IMG/VR virus record: IMGVR_UViG_3300021256_000055
Span: 7,124-71,123 of that record
Reading direction: 5' to 3' (one strand)
Origin: a virus
Lineage: Duplodnaviria; Heunggongvirae; Uroviricota; Caudoviricetes
Length of the DNA stretch: 64,000 nt
The notes under the pieces: generated by a model
What the model was told of the DNA's origin: nothing
The model's input: only the letters and a program-made list of their open reading frames with translations
The model's database searches: none
Translations under genes and position numbers: made by a program
Shown here: in pieces, positions 10,486 through 18,715 of the stretch
Layout of the letters: each line of letters starts with the position of its first letter
Numbering within the stretch: position 1 is the first letter of the stretch

Positions 10486-11595
10486 TTACGATTGAAATCC
10501 AATACTACGAATATAATCCCTTACAGCACAGAAATTTTCATAATAATTTCCATCTAGCTCTTCAAATTTATATCCAAACATTGTATAAAGTGACTTAAGA
10601 TTATTATAAAAGCCAAGACGGATTTCATAATCTGAGTCAGGCATATAGCGTTCACCATCGTCTACAATTGGTTTTCTTTTTGGCTTAATTAAGAAAATTT
10701 TATTCCACTTGATAGTAGGCGCATACTCTTTAGCTACATCATAAAGAACATTATAATTTTCTTTAGTAAGAGCAAAACCCTCACGATCTTTATATGCTGC
10801 AGCATACATAAGTGTTACCATATTATCAGTATCTGAAATAAATACACCTGGATTTTGTGGAGAACAAATAAGTTCCTCATTATACTTATTCTGCTCAGTA
10901 ATATTATACAAGAAATCTTTGAAATTAAACTCTGTATCATTTTTCAAGTGGCAAATATCACGACCCTTTTCATATGAAAAAGGAATCCCAAAATATTTGC
11001 CAATATCATGTGTAAGAGTTGTTTTACCTTCTGAGGCAGTACCAGCAATAAGAATATTATGTGAATAATAAGCACGGAATGGCTGAGCAATTTTAAACCA
11101 ATGTGCGAGTGGATTCTCTCGACACATTGTACCTGAAATAGGATTTTCTGTTCTATCTGAAAAATCTACATGTACACGATAACTATAAAGTGCACCAAGA
11201 TTTTTGACAGCATTTTTAATATCATCTACATATTTTTGTTCTGCAACATAAAAAGTTACAGTATCACTCCAATCCATATCATTATTTGGATGAGGCGTTT
11301 CCTGAATAAACTTCTCTACCTCACCTAGCCAAACTTTCCAATTATTAGGACACATAGATTCATCAAGTCCTAACTTAGTATCATTTATCATATGTACTGA
11401 TACTGTCTCATCTTTAAGAAAATTTCGGATAATATTAAATCTTTTTTCAAGTGGTAAAAGTTTTCCACGAGGATCGCCATCATAACCACAAACAATAATA
11501 TGAGTAAAATCATTTAACTTTTTAGCTTTCATAATCAGGTCAAGATGGCCCTGATGCATAGGTGAATAACCACCAAAACAAATTCCTATATTCAT
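10486..11595 (-). CDS. nadR: NadR-like bifunctional NMN adenylyltransferase / ribosylnicotinamide kinase (no HTH)
   Basis: N-terminal nucleotidyltransferase FGGYSPMHQGH (HxGH) and ISGT.CR; C-terminal P-loop ILIAGTASEGKTT; DTDN..T and DDG.R motifs. Confidence 0.85.
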   Translation of the reverse strand: MNIGICFGGYSPMHQGHLDLIMKAKKLNDFTHIIVCGYDGDPRGKLLPLEKRFNIIRNFLKDETVSVHMINDTKLGLDESMCPNNWKVWLGEVEKFIQETPHPNNDMDWSDTVTFYVAEQKYVDDIKNAVKNLGALYSYRVHVDFSDRTENPISGTMCRENPLAHWFKIAQPFRAYYSHNILIAGTASEGKTTLTHDIGKYFGIPFSYEKGRDICHLKNDTEFNFKDFLYNITEQNKYNEELICSPQNPGVFISDTDNMVTLMYAAAYKDREGFALTKENYNVLYDVAKEYAPTIKWNKIFLIKPKRKPIVDDGERYMPDSDYEIRLGFYNNLKSLYTMFGYKFEELDGNYYENFCAVRDYIRSIGFQS

Positions 11596-11620
11596 ATTTA
11601 TAATATAGATATAGTAATAA

Positions 11621-11646
11621 AAAAGCCCAAATAATTTTGGGCTTTA
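11621..11646 (-). terminator. Intrinsic terminator after the HD gene
   Basis: AAAGCCCAAA...TTTGGGCTTT inverted repeat with T tract. Confidence 0.7.
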
Positions 11647-11650
11647 TAAG

Positions 11651-12256
11651 TTAAATATCAAATCTGTCTAAAATAATATCACCATTATCATCAAACCTAA
11701 CCGCTAAGAAAGGCCTACTTGCATATAAATCAGCAAAGTGTAATACCCACTCATCAAACTTTTCTGGGGGTCGATTAATTAATTCACCAGTTTTTCTATC
11801 TGTATTCCATTCTGCACGACCCTGATGGCACTCAACTAGTCTAGCTAATGTTTTAGCAGTTTCGGATGATGGGCATGTTTCAACAATAAGCTTTGCCATT
11901 AGTGTTGGATGATTAGCTGAAGTATACTGGCTCTCTTCCCCATTTGGATATTTACATAAATCATGTAAAATTGCAGCTGCAACTATTTCATCTCTTTCAG
12001 ATTCTAATTCTGGGACAGCTCTTACCAATTCTGCTGCATTTAATGCAACCAACTTAGTATGTCTAATTAAACCGCCATCACCTAGAGCAATAGCTGGATG
12101 ATACTTACCAGTAGAGGATGCAGGAGCTGTTTTATGCTTATCTTGTACCTTAGCAAATATTTCTTTAAGAATAATTTTAACTTCAGTCTTTTTAATTTCA
12201 GAAATTTCCTTTGCAAAAATTTCTTCCCAAGTCTTATCTTTATAAGAGTTTGACAA
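11651..12256 (-). CDS. HD-domain phosphohydrolase (YhaM-like HD domain)
   Basis: PAS...YH, GGLIRHT, AAILHDLCK, H, CHQG, HFAD motifs; TTG start with GGAGG SD. Confidence 0.8.
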   Translation of the reverse strand: MSNSYKDKTWEEIFAKEISEIKKTEVKIILKEIFAKVQDKHKTAPASSTGKYHPAIALGDGGLIRHTKLVALNAAELVRAVPELESERDEIVAAAILHDLCKYPNGEESQYTSANHPTLMAKLIVETCPSSETAKTLARLVECHQGRAEWNTDRKTGELINRPPEKFDEWVLHFADLYASRPFLAVRFDDNGDIILDRFDI

Positions 12257-12298
12257 AGTTAACCTCCATATATGTTATTATACTAACATTTTAAAATA

Positions 12299-12326
12299 AA
12301 AAATCCCACATTTTTGTGGGATTTTT
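12299..12326 (-). terminator. Intrinsic terminator
   Basis: AAAATCCCACA-TTTT-TGTGGGATTTT inverted repeat. Confidence 0.7.
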
Positions 12327-12331
12327 ATTAA

Positions 12332-12643
12332 CTATTCTACAATACCAAACTCATTATATTCTGCAGTACCAATAATTTTTTTAATCTCATCCGCAGTGAA
12401 AGCTCTATCCGGAACAAAATAACTTAATTTTCCAGTAGTCTCATCAGCTCTCTCAAGAATATAATAATTTTCGGTTTTAATAACTTTCTTTGAGTCTCTA
12501 TCAACTGTTTCAGTTACAAGACACTTTACAAAATATTCTTTATTAAATACACAATGATAAATTTTTTCACCATCAGCATTTTCTGAGTAGCTACAATAGT
12601 TATCATTAAGGTATTTTTTTAATTTTGCGCTATAGTCAGCCAT
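12332..12643 (-). CDS. Hypothetical protein (103 aa)
   Basis: AAGGAG SD and CCTAATT motif variant upstream. Confidence 0.7.
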   Translation of the reverse strand: MADYSAKLKKYLNDNYCSYSENADGEKIYHCVFNKEYFVKCLVTETVDRDSKKVIKTENYYILERADETTGKLSYFVPDRAFTADEIKKIIGTAEYNEFGIVE

Positions 12644-12680
12644 TTACTAGTCTCCTTAATATTGTAATTAGGAGCTAATA

Positions 12681-12866
12681 AAATAAAAGCTTGAGATTTC
12701 TCCCAAGCTTTGAAATTTAATCATCCATGCCTATTATTTATTTTAATATGTATAAAATACATATACGTTTATCTTCGGCTTAGATACATAGATAAACGAT
12801 TTCCAAGATATTGTAAAACTACAATATATTATAAATACACATATTAAATGTATTTTCCATATGCTT
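12681..12866 (-). ncRNA. Candidate structured non-coding RNA (four hairpins plus terminator)
   Basis: ORF-free ~190-nt interval between an ACTAATT motif (12867-12873) and a terminator (12686-12711). Contains four stems of 7-9 bp. Confidence 0.45.
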
Positions 12867-12876
12867 AATTAGTAAA

Positions 12877-13746
12877 TTAAACAGCAATCGGAGCCTTAAT
12901 AGATGGGTCTGGATTATAATTCTTAAGTTCAAAATCAGTATTCTTCCAATTCCAAATACCATTCCAATTTGTAATTTCAATTGTTGGTAATTCTTTTGGT
13001 GTTCTCTGAAGCTGTTCCTTTACAGCATCCAACTGATTTTCATAAATATGACAGCTACCAAAATATCCAATGAGTGTACCCGGATTATACCCCGTTTCTT
13101 TTGCAATAAGTGTAAGAAGCATGGCATATGAAGCAATATCAAATGGAACACCAGCAAACAAATCGGAGCTGCGCTGGAACCACATCAAATCAATTCGATT
13201 TTGTTCTGGATAAACAAGAAGTTCATAAATCATATGGCAAGGCGGAAGTGCCATCTCGTCAAGCTGCTGTGGATTCCAAGCTGAAACTACCAAACGTCTT
13301 GAAGTTGGATCTTTCTTAATTGTTTCAATTACATTTTTAAGCTGGTCAACACCACCTTCATCCTTGCGCCAATCACCATTAAAATGTCGGTACTGAAATC
13401 CATAAATTGGTCCAAGCTCATTTTCTGCTGCCATCTTTTTCTTTGTTTCTTCATCATTAGCATATGGCACAATAGCTGTACTACACCATGAGTCCCAAAT
13501 ATGACAGTTACGTTCTCTCAAGAATTCTTTATTATGAATTCCCTTAATAAACATTTCAAGCTCTGCACAACAGGTTTTCATACCAATCTTCTTTGTTGTC
13601 AAAGCTGGGAATCCTTTACTCATATCATGCTTAAACATATAGCCTGATGTTGCTATTGTATCAATACCAGTTCTATTATGAGTTTTAACTCCGTTTTCCA
13701 AAGTATAACGAAGCATATCTAAATATTCTTTCACATTATCCTCCAA
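12877..13746 (-). CDS. thyA: Thymidylate synthase family enzyme with Asn-to-Asp specificity change (possible dCMP methyl/hydroxymethyltransferase)
   Basis: RTG, TTKK, IW..W, LGPIYGFQYR, SRR, SAWNP, MALPPCH (catalytic Cys170), QRSSD, HIY motifs. GVPFDIASY replaces the canonical G.PFNIASY. Confidence 0.9.
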   Translation of the reverse strand: MEDNVKEYLDMLRYTLENGVKTHNRTGIDTIATSGYMFKHDMSKGFPALTTKKIGMKTCCAELEMFIKGIHNKEFLRERNCHIWDSWCSTAIVPYANDEETKKKMAAENELGPIYGFQYRHFNGDWRKDEGGVDQLKNVIETIKKDPTSRRLVVSAWNPQQLDEMALPPCHMIYELLVYPEQNRIDLMWFQRSSDLFAGVPFDIASYAMLLTLIAKETGYNPGTLIGYFGSCHIYENQLDAVKEQLQRTPKELPTIEITNWNGIWNWKNTDFELKNYNPDPSIKAPIAV

Positions 13747-13764
13747 TCAATTTTTAAATATTAA

Positions 13765-14175
13765 CTAAAAATTTATAGATAACAAGCCACCTTTACATCT
13801 TTGATACTTATCGAGAGTTTCTTTTAAGTGGGTAGACATATAGGGTACTACTGTTGATTCTTCTTTAATTGGCTTGGTATGAAGTATATAATCATCGATC
13901 TCAACTGCGTCATAACCGAGATATTCAAGATATGAATGAATATCTACTACATATCCACCCTTTGTCAAATCAAAAATATCTATAAAAATCTGTGCATTTG
14001 TTTCTCCACGTTTAGCTGCAGCAACTATTGCGGAGTTTATACAAGTAAGCAAATCTTTATAATTTGACTCTATGGTTTCTATATAAATTTCCTTTGCACT
14101 GCCCGCAGTAATGACTGCATTCTTTTCTGTAGCTACCACTATATTTGTGGATTTTGATAAATCTGTTTTTTTCAT
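13765..14175 (-). CDS. Hypothetical protein (136 aa)
   Basis: GAGG SD; ORF directly upstream of the thyA-like gene. Confidence 0.7.
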   Translation of the reverse strand: MKKTDLSKSTNIVVATEKNAVITAGSAKEIYIETIESNYKDLLTCINSAIVAAAKRGETNAQIFIDIFDLTKGGYVVDIHSYLEYLGYDAVEIDDYILHTKPIKEESTVVPYMSTHLKETLDKYQRCKGGLLSINF

Positions 14176-14186
14176 GTTATTCCTCT

Positions 14187-14285
14187 AAAAATTAATATTA
14201 ACATATTAATAGCTGCTACCGCAAGCTGTAGAATATCTTTAAGTGCTACATTAATTAATATAACTTCAATTTTAAGAAATTCACA
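14187..14285 (-). promoter_or_regulatory. Promoter plus short structured leader/sRNA, copy 1
   Basis: TGTGAA-17 nt-TATATT followed by ATGTAGCACTTAAAGATATTCTACAGCTTGCGGTAGCAGCTATTA. A closely similar unit lies at 61310-61401. Confidence 0.5.
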
Positions 14286-14294
14286 TTTAAAATA

Positions 14295-14318
14295 AAAAAG
14301 CCGCTAAAAAGCGGCTTC
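14295..14318 (-). terminator. Intrinsic terminator
   Basis: AAGCCGCT-AAAA-AGCGGCTT with T tract on the minus strand. Confidence 0.75.
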
Positions 14319-14321
14319 TAT

Positions 14322-15248
14322 TTAATCATCACTATTATCCGTAACACTATCCAAAATTGCTGCAGTATCTTCTTCATTTAAGATATTTATAATCTGCGCA
14401 ATTTGTCTATCTCGTCTTTCAATATATCTTTTCTTTTCAACATTTATCGCATCACGTTTTGTTAAGGATAATGTTCTAGACCTACGTAAAGAATCCGCAA
14501 TAGCCTCTTTTACTTCATGACATCTTTTATCTATAACTTGTTTTGCGATTTCATTATCAATTGGAACAGGGTAGGAAATAATTGTATTTTTTAGGTAGGA
14601 TGAAAGCTGTTCGGCTTTTGACATAATCTCTTCTTCATACTCACGATCAGCACGATTTACTAGGTGATTTTCTTCAATAATTCTATATACTTCCTCAAGA
14701 ATAGGCTTAAAATCTTTTTGTAGTCTACTATCAAAAAATGATAAACCAGAATTACAGCCGCTAGCACACATATTAAAACAAGGTGAATTAGGCTTATCTG
14801 TACCAATACCGGATTGTATTTTAGTTGGAAGGATTGCAGTAGTTTCTATAATAATTTCACCATGCTCATTAAGGGCTGAAGGATGAATACGGCCAGAATA
14901 CTTAGCCATATACATAAGCTTATATTCTTCTATAATATCATTTTTTACTGATTCAATCCTTGATTTTGCGAAATCTTTAGATTGCTTAAAATATCTATTT
15001 TTAATACCAATTACATCATCTACATATCGCTCTTTTGCTTCTTCAATATAGGTAATAACCTCTTTCATATAGCTAACAAAAGCTTTTGATGTAATTTTTT
15101 TAGGTGATTTTGCTTTAACAATAACGCCATTCTTACTAATCATCAAGTCGCTTTTACCATTTATTTTAATAATTACTACGGTAATAGCAACACAAACAAT
15201 TGAGAGAACTATTGCGCTTAATATTGACATATTTGTCGTATCAAACAT
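14322..15248 (-). CDS. N-terminally membrane-anchored helical protein (possibly holin-like)
   Basis: One hydrophobic segment (ILSAIVLSIVCVAITVVII), then a helical region with a Cys cluster (CFNMCASGC). GAGG SD and GCTAATT motif upstream. Confidence 0.6.
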   Translation of the reverse strand: MFDTTNMSILSAIVLSIVCVAITVVIIKINGKSDLMISKNGVIVKAKSPKKITSKAFVSYMKEVITYIEEAKERYVDDVIGIKNRYFKQSKDFAKSRIESVKNDIIEEYKLMYMAKYSGRIHPSALNEHGEIIIETTAILPTKIQSGIGTDKPNSPCFNMCASGCNSGLSFFDSRLQKDFKPILEEVYRIIEENHLVNRADREYEEEIMSKAEQLSSYLKNTIISYPVPIDNEIAKQVIDKRCHEVKEAIADSLRRSRTLSLTKRDAINVEKKRYIERRDRQIAQIINILNEEDTAAILDSVTDNSDD

Positions 15249-15340
15249 AACTCATATTCCTCAGTTTTATATTTTGCAATATATAATTAGCTTAATTAAA
15301 TATTAGAGTTTAATTAAAAATCAATTTTTAGTTATCTTCT

Positions 15341-15347
15341 ACTAATT
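15341..15347 (+). promoter_or_regulatory. Representative copy of the ACTAATT putative phage late-promoter motif
   Basis: The same heptamer occurs just upstream of gene starts or the candidate ncRNA at 1454, 4337, 8996, 12867, 22738 (minus) and 15341, 18681, 20287, 32134, 42544, 52521 (plus). Variants occur at 15285, 18124, 28540 and 34747. Confidence 0.6.
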
Positions 15348-15353
15348 TTAATT

Positions 15354-16523
15354 ATGTACATAAGACTAAATGAAGCCTCTAGCCTATCATTAAAAGCTAG
15401 AATAGCTATTAAAAGATATTGTGAATCAACGAATAAAAGTGACCGTTCCTGGTCAGATTTTTCTTCAAAAAATCCAGGATTTACAGAAGATGAATATAAA
15501 GAAGGCCTTACTCTTTTTGGTAACTTAAAACCAGTAGATAAAGTTAGTGGTATTAAAGAAGTACCAGCACCTACAAAACCAAAAGTTAGCTCTGAGCCAC
15601 CTAAAAATAATAAACCAGAAATTAAAAAACCTGAAATAAAACCTGAGTCCATTAAGGAAGCTCCTAAGGAAGCTCCTAAAGATGAACCAAAAAATGAGCT
15701 TATTGTAGATGGTTTTAAGTTATCCACAAATAAAATATTTAAAATAACAGTACCTTATGTAAAAAGGCGATATGAAGAGTTTAATAAAAAATATTTTAAT
15801 GACGAACTTCCTATATTGCCAGTAAAACTTAATGCTTCTAAAAGAGCCGCAGGTAGCTATGGATATACATCCTACAGAAGCGACCCATATAGAGTAGAAA
15901 ATGAACATATAAATGTTTCAACTTTTTATGATACAAATGAATTTAATTTCTGTAATACTATCCTACATGAAATGATTCACGTATACCAAATTAATGTCTT
16001 AAAGTTAAGTACTAGAGAAATGAGACGATGGGCATATTCACATGGTTATACATTTACTAGTAAAATGAATATGATAAATAAATTTGGCTGGAAAATTGAC
16101 ACTCGTGTTACTGAGGAAGAAAGAGCGGAAATGACAGCTTCCCCAGAACAAATTAGAAAACTAAAAAATAGTAATCGTATAATGGTATATGTAAGTAATA
16201 GATTTTTAGCTTGTATACCTAGAAATAAAGTTGCATACTACAAAATGTGTTATTCATCCTCACACTTGAAATTTTTTGATATTTTAGATGCGGCTCCTTT
16301 TATAGATTATCCAATGTGCAAATCTGCGCTTCGGGGTAGAGGTATGACTCCTAGTAAGCTACAATCTTTAGTAGATGATAAAATATTATCACCAATTGAT
16401 GCATTAAATGAATCTACTCATAATTACCATAGCAGACCACAAGATGAACTTAATGTAGTTGACGGAGCTGATGCTTTATTAATTTCAACAGATGGAGATA
16501 AAGAAGAATGGATACTCGCATAA
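15354..16523 (+). CDS. SprT-like zinc metalloprotease
   Basis: FN.KYF...LP, AAG, TILHEMIH (HExxH) and HG..F motifs; Pro/Lys/Glu low-complexity linker. Confidence 0.8.
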   Translation: MYIRLNEASSLSLKARIAIKRYCESTNKSDRSWSDFSSKNPGFTEDEYKEGLTLFGNLKPVDKVSGIKEVPAPTKPKVSSEPPKNNKPEIKKPEIKPESIKEAPKEAPKDEPKNELIVDGFKLSTNKIFKITVPYVKRRYEEFNKKYFNDELPILPVKLNASKRAAGSYGYTSYRSDPYRVENEHINVSTFYDTNEFNFCNTILHEMIHVYQINVLKLSTREMRRWAYSHGYTFTSKMNMINKFGWKIDTRVTEEERAEMTASPEQIRKLKNSNRIMVYVSNRFLACIPRNKVAYYKMCYSSSHLKFFDILDAAPFIDYPMCKSALRGRGMTPSKLQSLVDDKILSPIDALNESTHNYHSRPQDELNVVDGADALLISTDGDKEEWILA

Positions 16524-17128
16524 TAAATGAAGAAATAACAGATTTAGATGGCGCTTTAGAAGCGGCAAAATATACTGCAGATAAAATGGTAAAATCTCTT
16601 AAGAAAACTTATCCGGATGATATCGTAAAAATGGCTTTTAATTCTGTTTTAAATGAATCAACAGAATTATTCGAAATGATTTACGAGTCTGCATGCCAAT
16701 TAAGGGAAGATAATACTAGTTCTTTTGTAGCTTTTATTAAAAAACTAAGACCTCTTTTTGCAAAACACCAAAAAAATATTAGAAAATGGTATGGAGCTGC
16801 GGCTGTTTATCGTTTTAAAAGCATGGCTAGAGATGTTATTCCAGCAAAGCGCTCACTTTCTGAGTTTCTTGCTGATCTTAAATCAAATGGGTTATCAACT
16901 GATGAAGTTTTAACTGGCGAAGTATACTATGATCTTGTTGCTACTAATGGACAAATGCAAAAAGTACAGGATATGATTTCAGCTGGCGCAAATGCAATAT
17001 TATATGAATATAATGCTCAAAATGAAAGTGAAAAACAAGCTCTACTATTTAATATCCGTGCAACTTGGAATCAAAATATTCAAAAAGCACCAAAAAAATC
17101 ATTCTTGGATAAGTTACTTGGTAGATAA
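16508..17128 (+). CDS. Hypothetical protein, possible internal head protein
   Basis: ORF with GGAG SD and several I/L-x-E sites (IINEE, VLNES, IYES, LRED). Confidence 0.6.
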   Translation: MDTRIINEEITDLDGALEAAKYTADKMVKSLKKTYPDDIVKMAFNSVLNESTELFEMIYESACQLREDNTSSFVAFIKKLRPLFAKHQKNIRKWYGAAAVYRFKSMARDVIPAKRSLSEFLADLKSNGLSTDEVLTGEVYYDLVATNGQMQKVQDMISAGANAILYEYNAQNESEKQALLFNIRATWNQNIQKAPKKSFLDKLLGR

Positions 17129-17132
17129 AAAT

Positions 17133-17158
17133 AAAGCACGCTATTAAGCGTGCTTTTT
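17133..17158. terminator. Bidirectional terminator between convergent genes
   Basis: AAAGCACGCT-ATTA-AGCGTGCTTT. Confidence 0.75.
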
Positions 17159-17160
17159 AT

Positions 17161-17451
17161 TTATAGATATGTTTTAAGCTTTTTTGAATTAGAATTCATC
17201 CAATTTTGAATTTTTTCAAAATAATCAATATGATAATTTTTTTCTTTATACCAAACTCTATCAATTTCTTTTAAGTCTTCATATGCAGCAAAAATATGCG
17301 GTGCAAACTTTTTTACGTATTCATCATCTTCTTTTTCTGTATGACCGACAAAAGCGTGTCGCATATGACCATCAACGCCATTAATCCACATATTTAAGTC
17401 AAAACCTGTAGAATTTCTTGGTAATAGTGCTATATTCACATTTACTTGCAC
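17161..17451 (-). CDS. Hypothetical protein
   Basis: Third of three tightly coupled small ORFs. Confidence 0.6.
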   Translation of the reverse strand: MQVNVNIALLPRNSTGFDLNMWINGVDGHMRHAFVGHTEKEDDEYVKKFAPHIFAAYEDLKEIDRVWYKEKNYHIDYFEKIQNWMNSNSKKLKTYL

Positions 17452-17750
17452 TTAAGATCCTCCCGAATGGTTTTTGAGCATTCAACAAACTTAGTATCCA
17501 TAAGATTTTTAATATTATTATAGCTCTTTTCACTGATACCTTTCTTAAACTCTTCAGAATCTTTTACCTGATTCCATAAATCAAGAGTTCCTTTAATTTC
17601 AGCTTCAAAAAAATTATCTGCACCTTTTTTACCTTTAAGCATTGGTAATATATAATGAATATCATCTCCTAATGCGTCAGCATTCAGATATATCATTCTA
17701 GCAATACCACTTGGACTTAAATCCATTTTTACATTCTTAAAATCCGACAT
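17442..17750 (-). CDS. Hypothetical protein
   Basis: GAGGTG SD; TAATG coupling with the upstream ORF. Confidence 0.7.
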   Translation of the reverse strand: MSDFKNVKMDLSPSGIARMIYLNADALGDDIHYILPMLKGKKGADNFFEAEIKGTLDLWNQVKDSEEFKKGISEKSYNNIKNLMDTKFVECSKTIREDLKCK

Positions 17751-18064
17751 TAAAAATCACCTCTATGCTTAACAGATGTATCCTCAAAATATTTTGAAAG
17801 TCCTCTATTATTGATATAAAGTCTAAATCTCCATTTATTTTTATAAGCATCAATAAGTGGCCCAAAAAAGTAAACATTTTCTACAGGATTAGACTCAAGA
17901 CGACTCAAAAAATCTACAAAGGGTAAAATACCAGTAAGTTCATCATCTTTTGGATACTCATCAAAAAAGTGAATATAAGGTCCATAACCATTTTCACGTT
18001 TTTCAAAAGCCAAATATAAATGATCAAAATAGCTTTTTTCAAAAAGTTTCTTAAGCTTTTTCAT
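17750..18064 (-). CDS. Hypothetical protein
   Basis: Strong AAGGAGG SD; downstream of a sigma70-like promoter. Confidence 0.7.
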   Translation of the reverse strand: MKKLKKLFEKSYFDHLYLAFEKRENGYGPYIHFFDEYPKDDELTGILPFVDFLSRLESNPVENVYFFGPLIDAYKNKWRFRLYINNRGLSKYFEDTSVKHRGDF

Positions 18065-18087
18065 AGAACTTCCTCCTTCTACAATTA

Positions 18088-18120
18088 TATTATGTAGATA
18101 ATTATTAAAAAGTACAAATT
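18088..18120 (-). promoter_or_regulatory. Sigma70-like (early) promoter TTGTAC-17-CATAAT
   Basis: Minus strand TTGTACTTTTTAATAATTATCTACATAAT. A near-identical arrangement occurs at about 49393-49423 upstream of the lipoprotein gene. Confidence 0.5.
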
Positions 18121-18134
18121 TAAACTATTTAATT

Positions 18135-18680
18135 ATGTTCAAAAATACGGAATACTTAAAAGAGTGTATAAAATCTATTTATAATACAAAATATAACTTA
18201 TCTAATGTAATTTACATTAGCGATGATATACCTATAAAGCTAACCTGTCCTAAACATGGCGATTTTTTTGATTCGCCTCTTCACTTAATTTCTAGTCGGC
18301 ATGGCTGTCCAAATTGCTGGAAATATTAATCTTCAGGTGAAATAAAAATTAGAGAAATTCTAGAAGAGTATAATATAAAATTTGAGCAAGAAAAAACATT
18401 TCCATATTTAGAAAATAAATTACCACTTTATTTTGATTTTTATTTACCCGATATCAATACTGCTATAGAATTCCAAGGTCCTCAGCATTTTAAGGCCATT
18501 GATTTTTTTGGTGGTGAAAAAGCTTTTAAGGAACAACAAACTAGAGACAATATAAAACGAGATTGGTGTAAAATAAATAATATAAACTTACTAGAAGTTG
18601 AATTTCATAAAGATATTCTAGAACAATTAAAGCCTCTTATAGATGAATATCTTGATAATAACTTTAATAATAAATACTAA
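18135..18680 (+). pseudogene. Zn-ribbon plus PD-(D/E)xK (Vsr/DUF559-like) homing-endonuclease-like gene interrupted by one in-frame TAA (18327-18329)
   Basis: CPKHG...HGCPNC-WKY*SSGEIKIREILEEYNIKFEQEKTF...YFDFYLPDINTAIEFQGPQHF...RDNIKRDWC...; the frame continues to TAA at 18680. Confidence 0.75.
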
Positions 18681-18715
18681 ACTAATTAAAATAAACTCTT
18701 ATTGGGAGATAATAA

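Noticed and set aside
12819-12860. 13-codon peptide MENTFNMCIYNIL as the product of the thyA-downstream unit
   Set aside because: Too short to support, and it overlaps two of the stems. Kept only as an alternative to the ncRNA interpretation.
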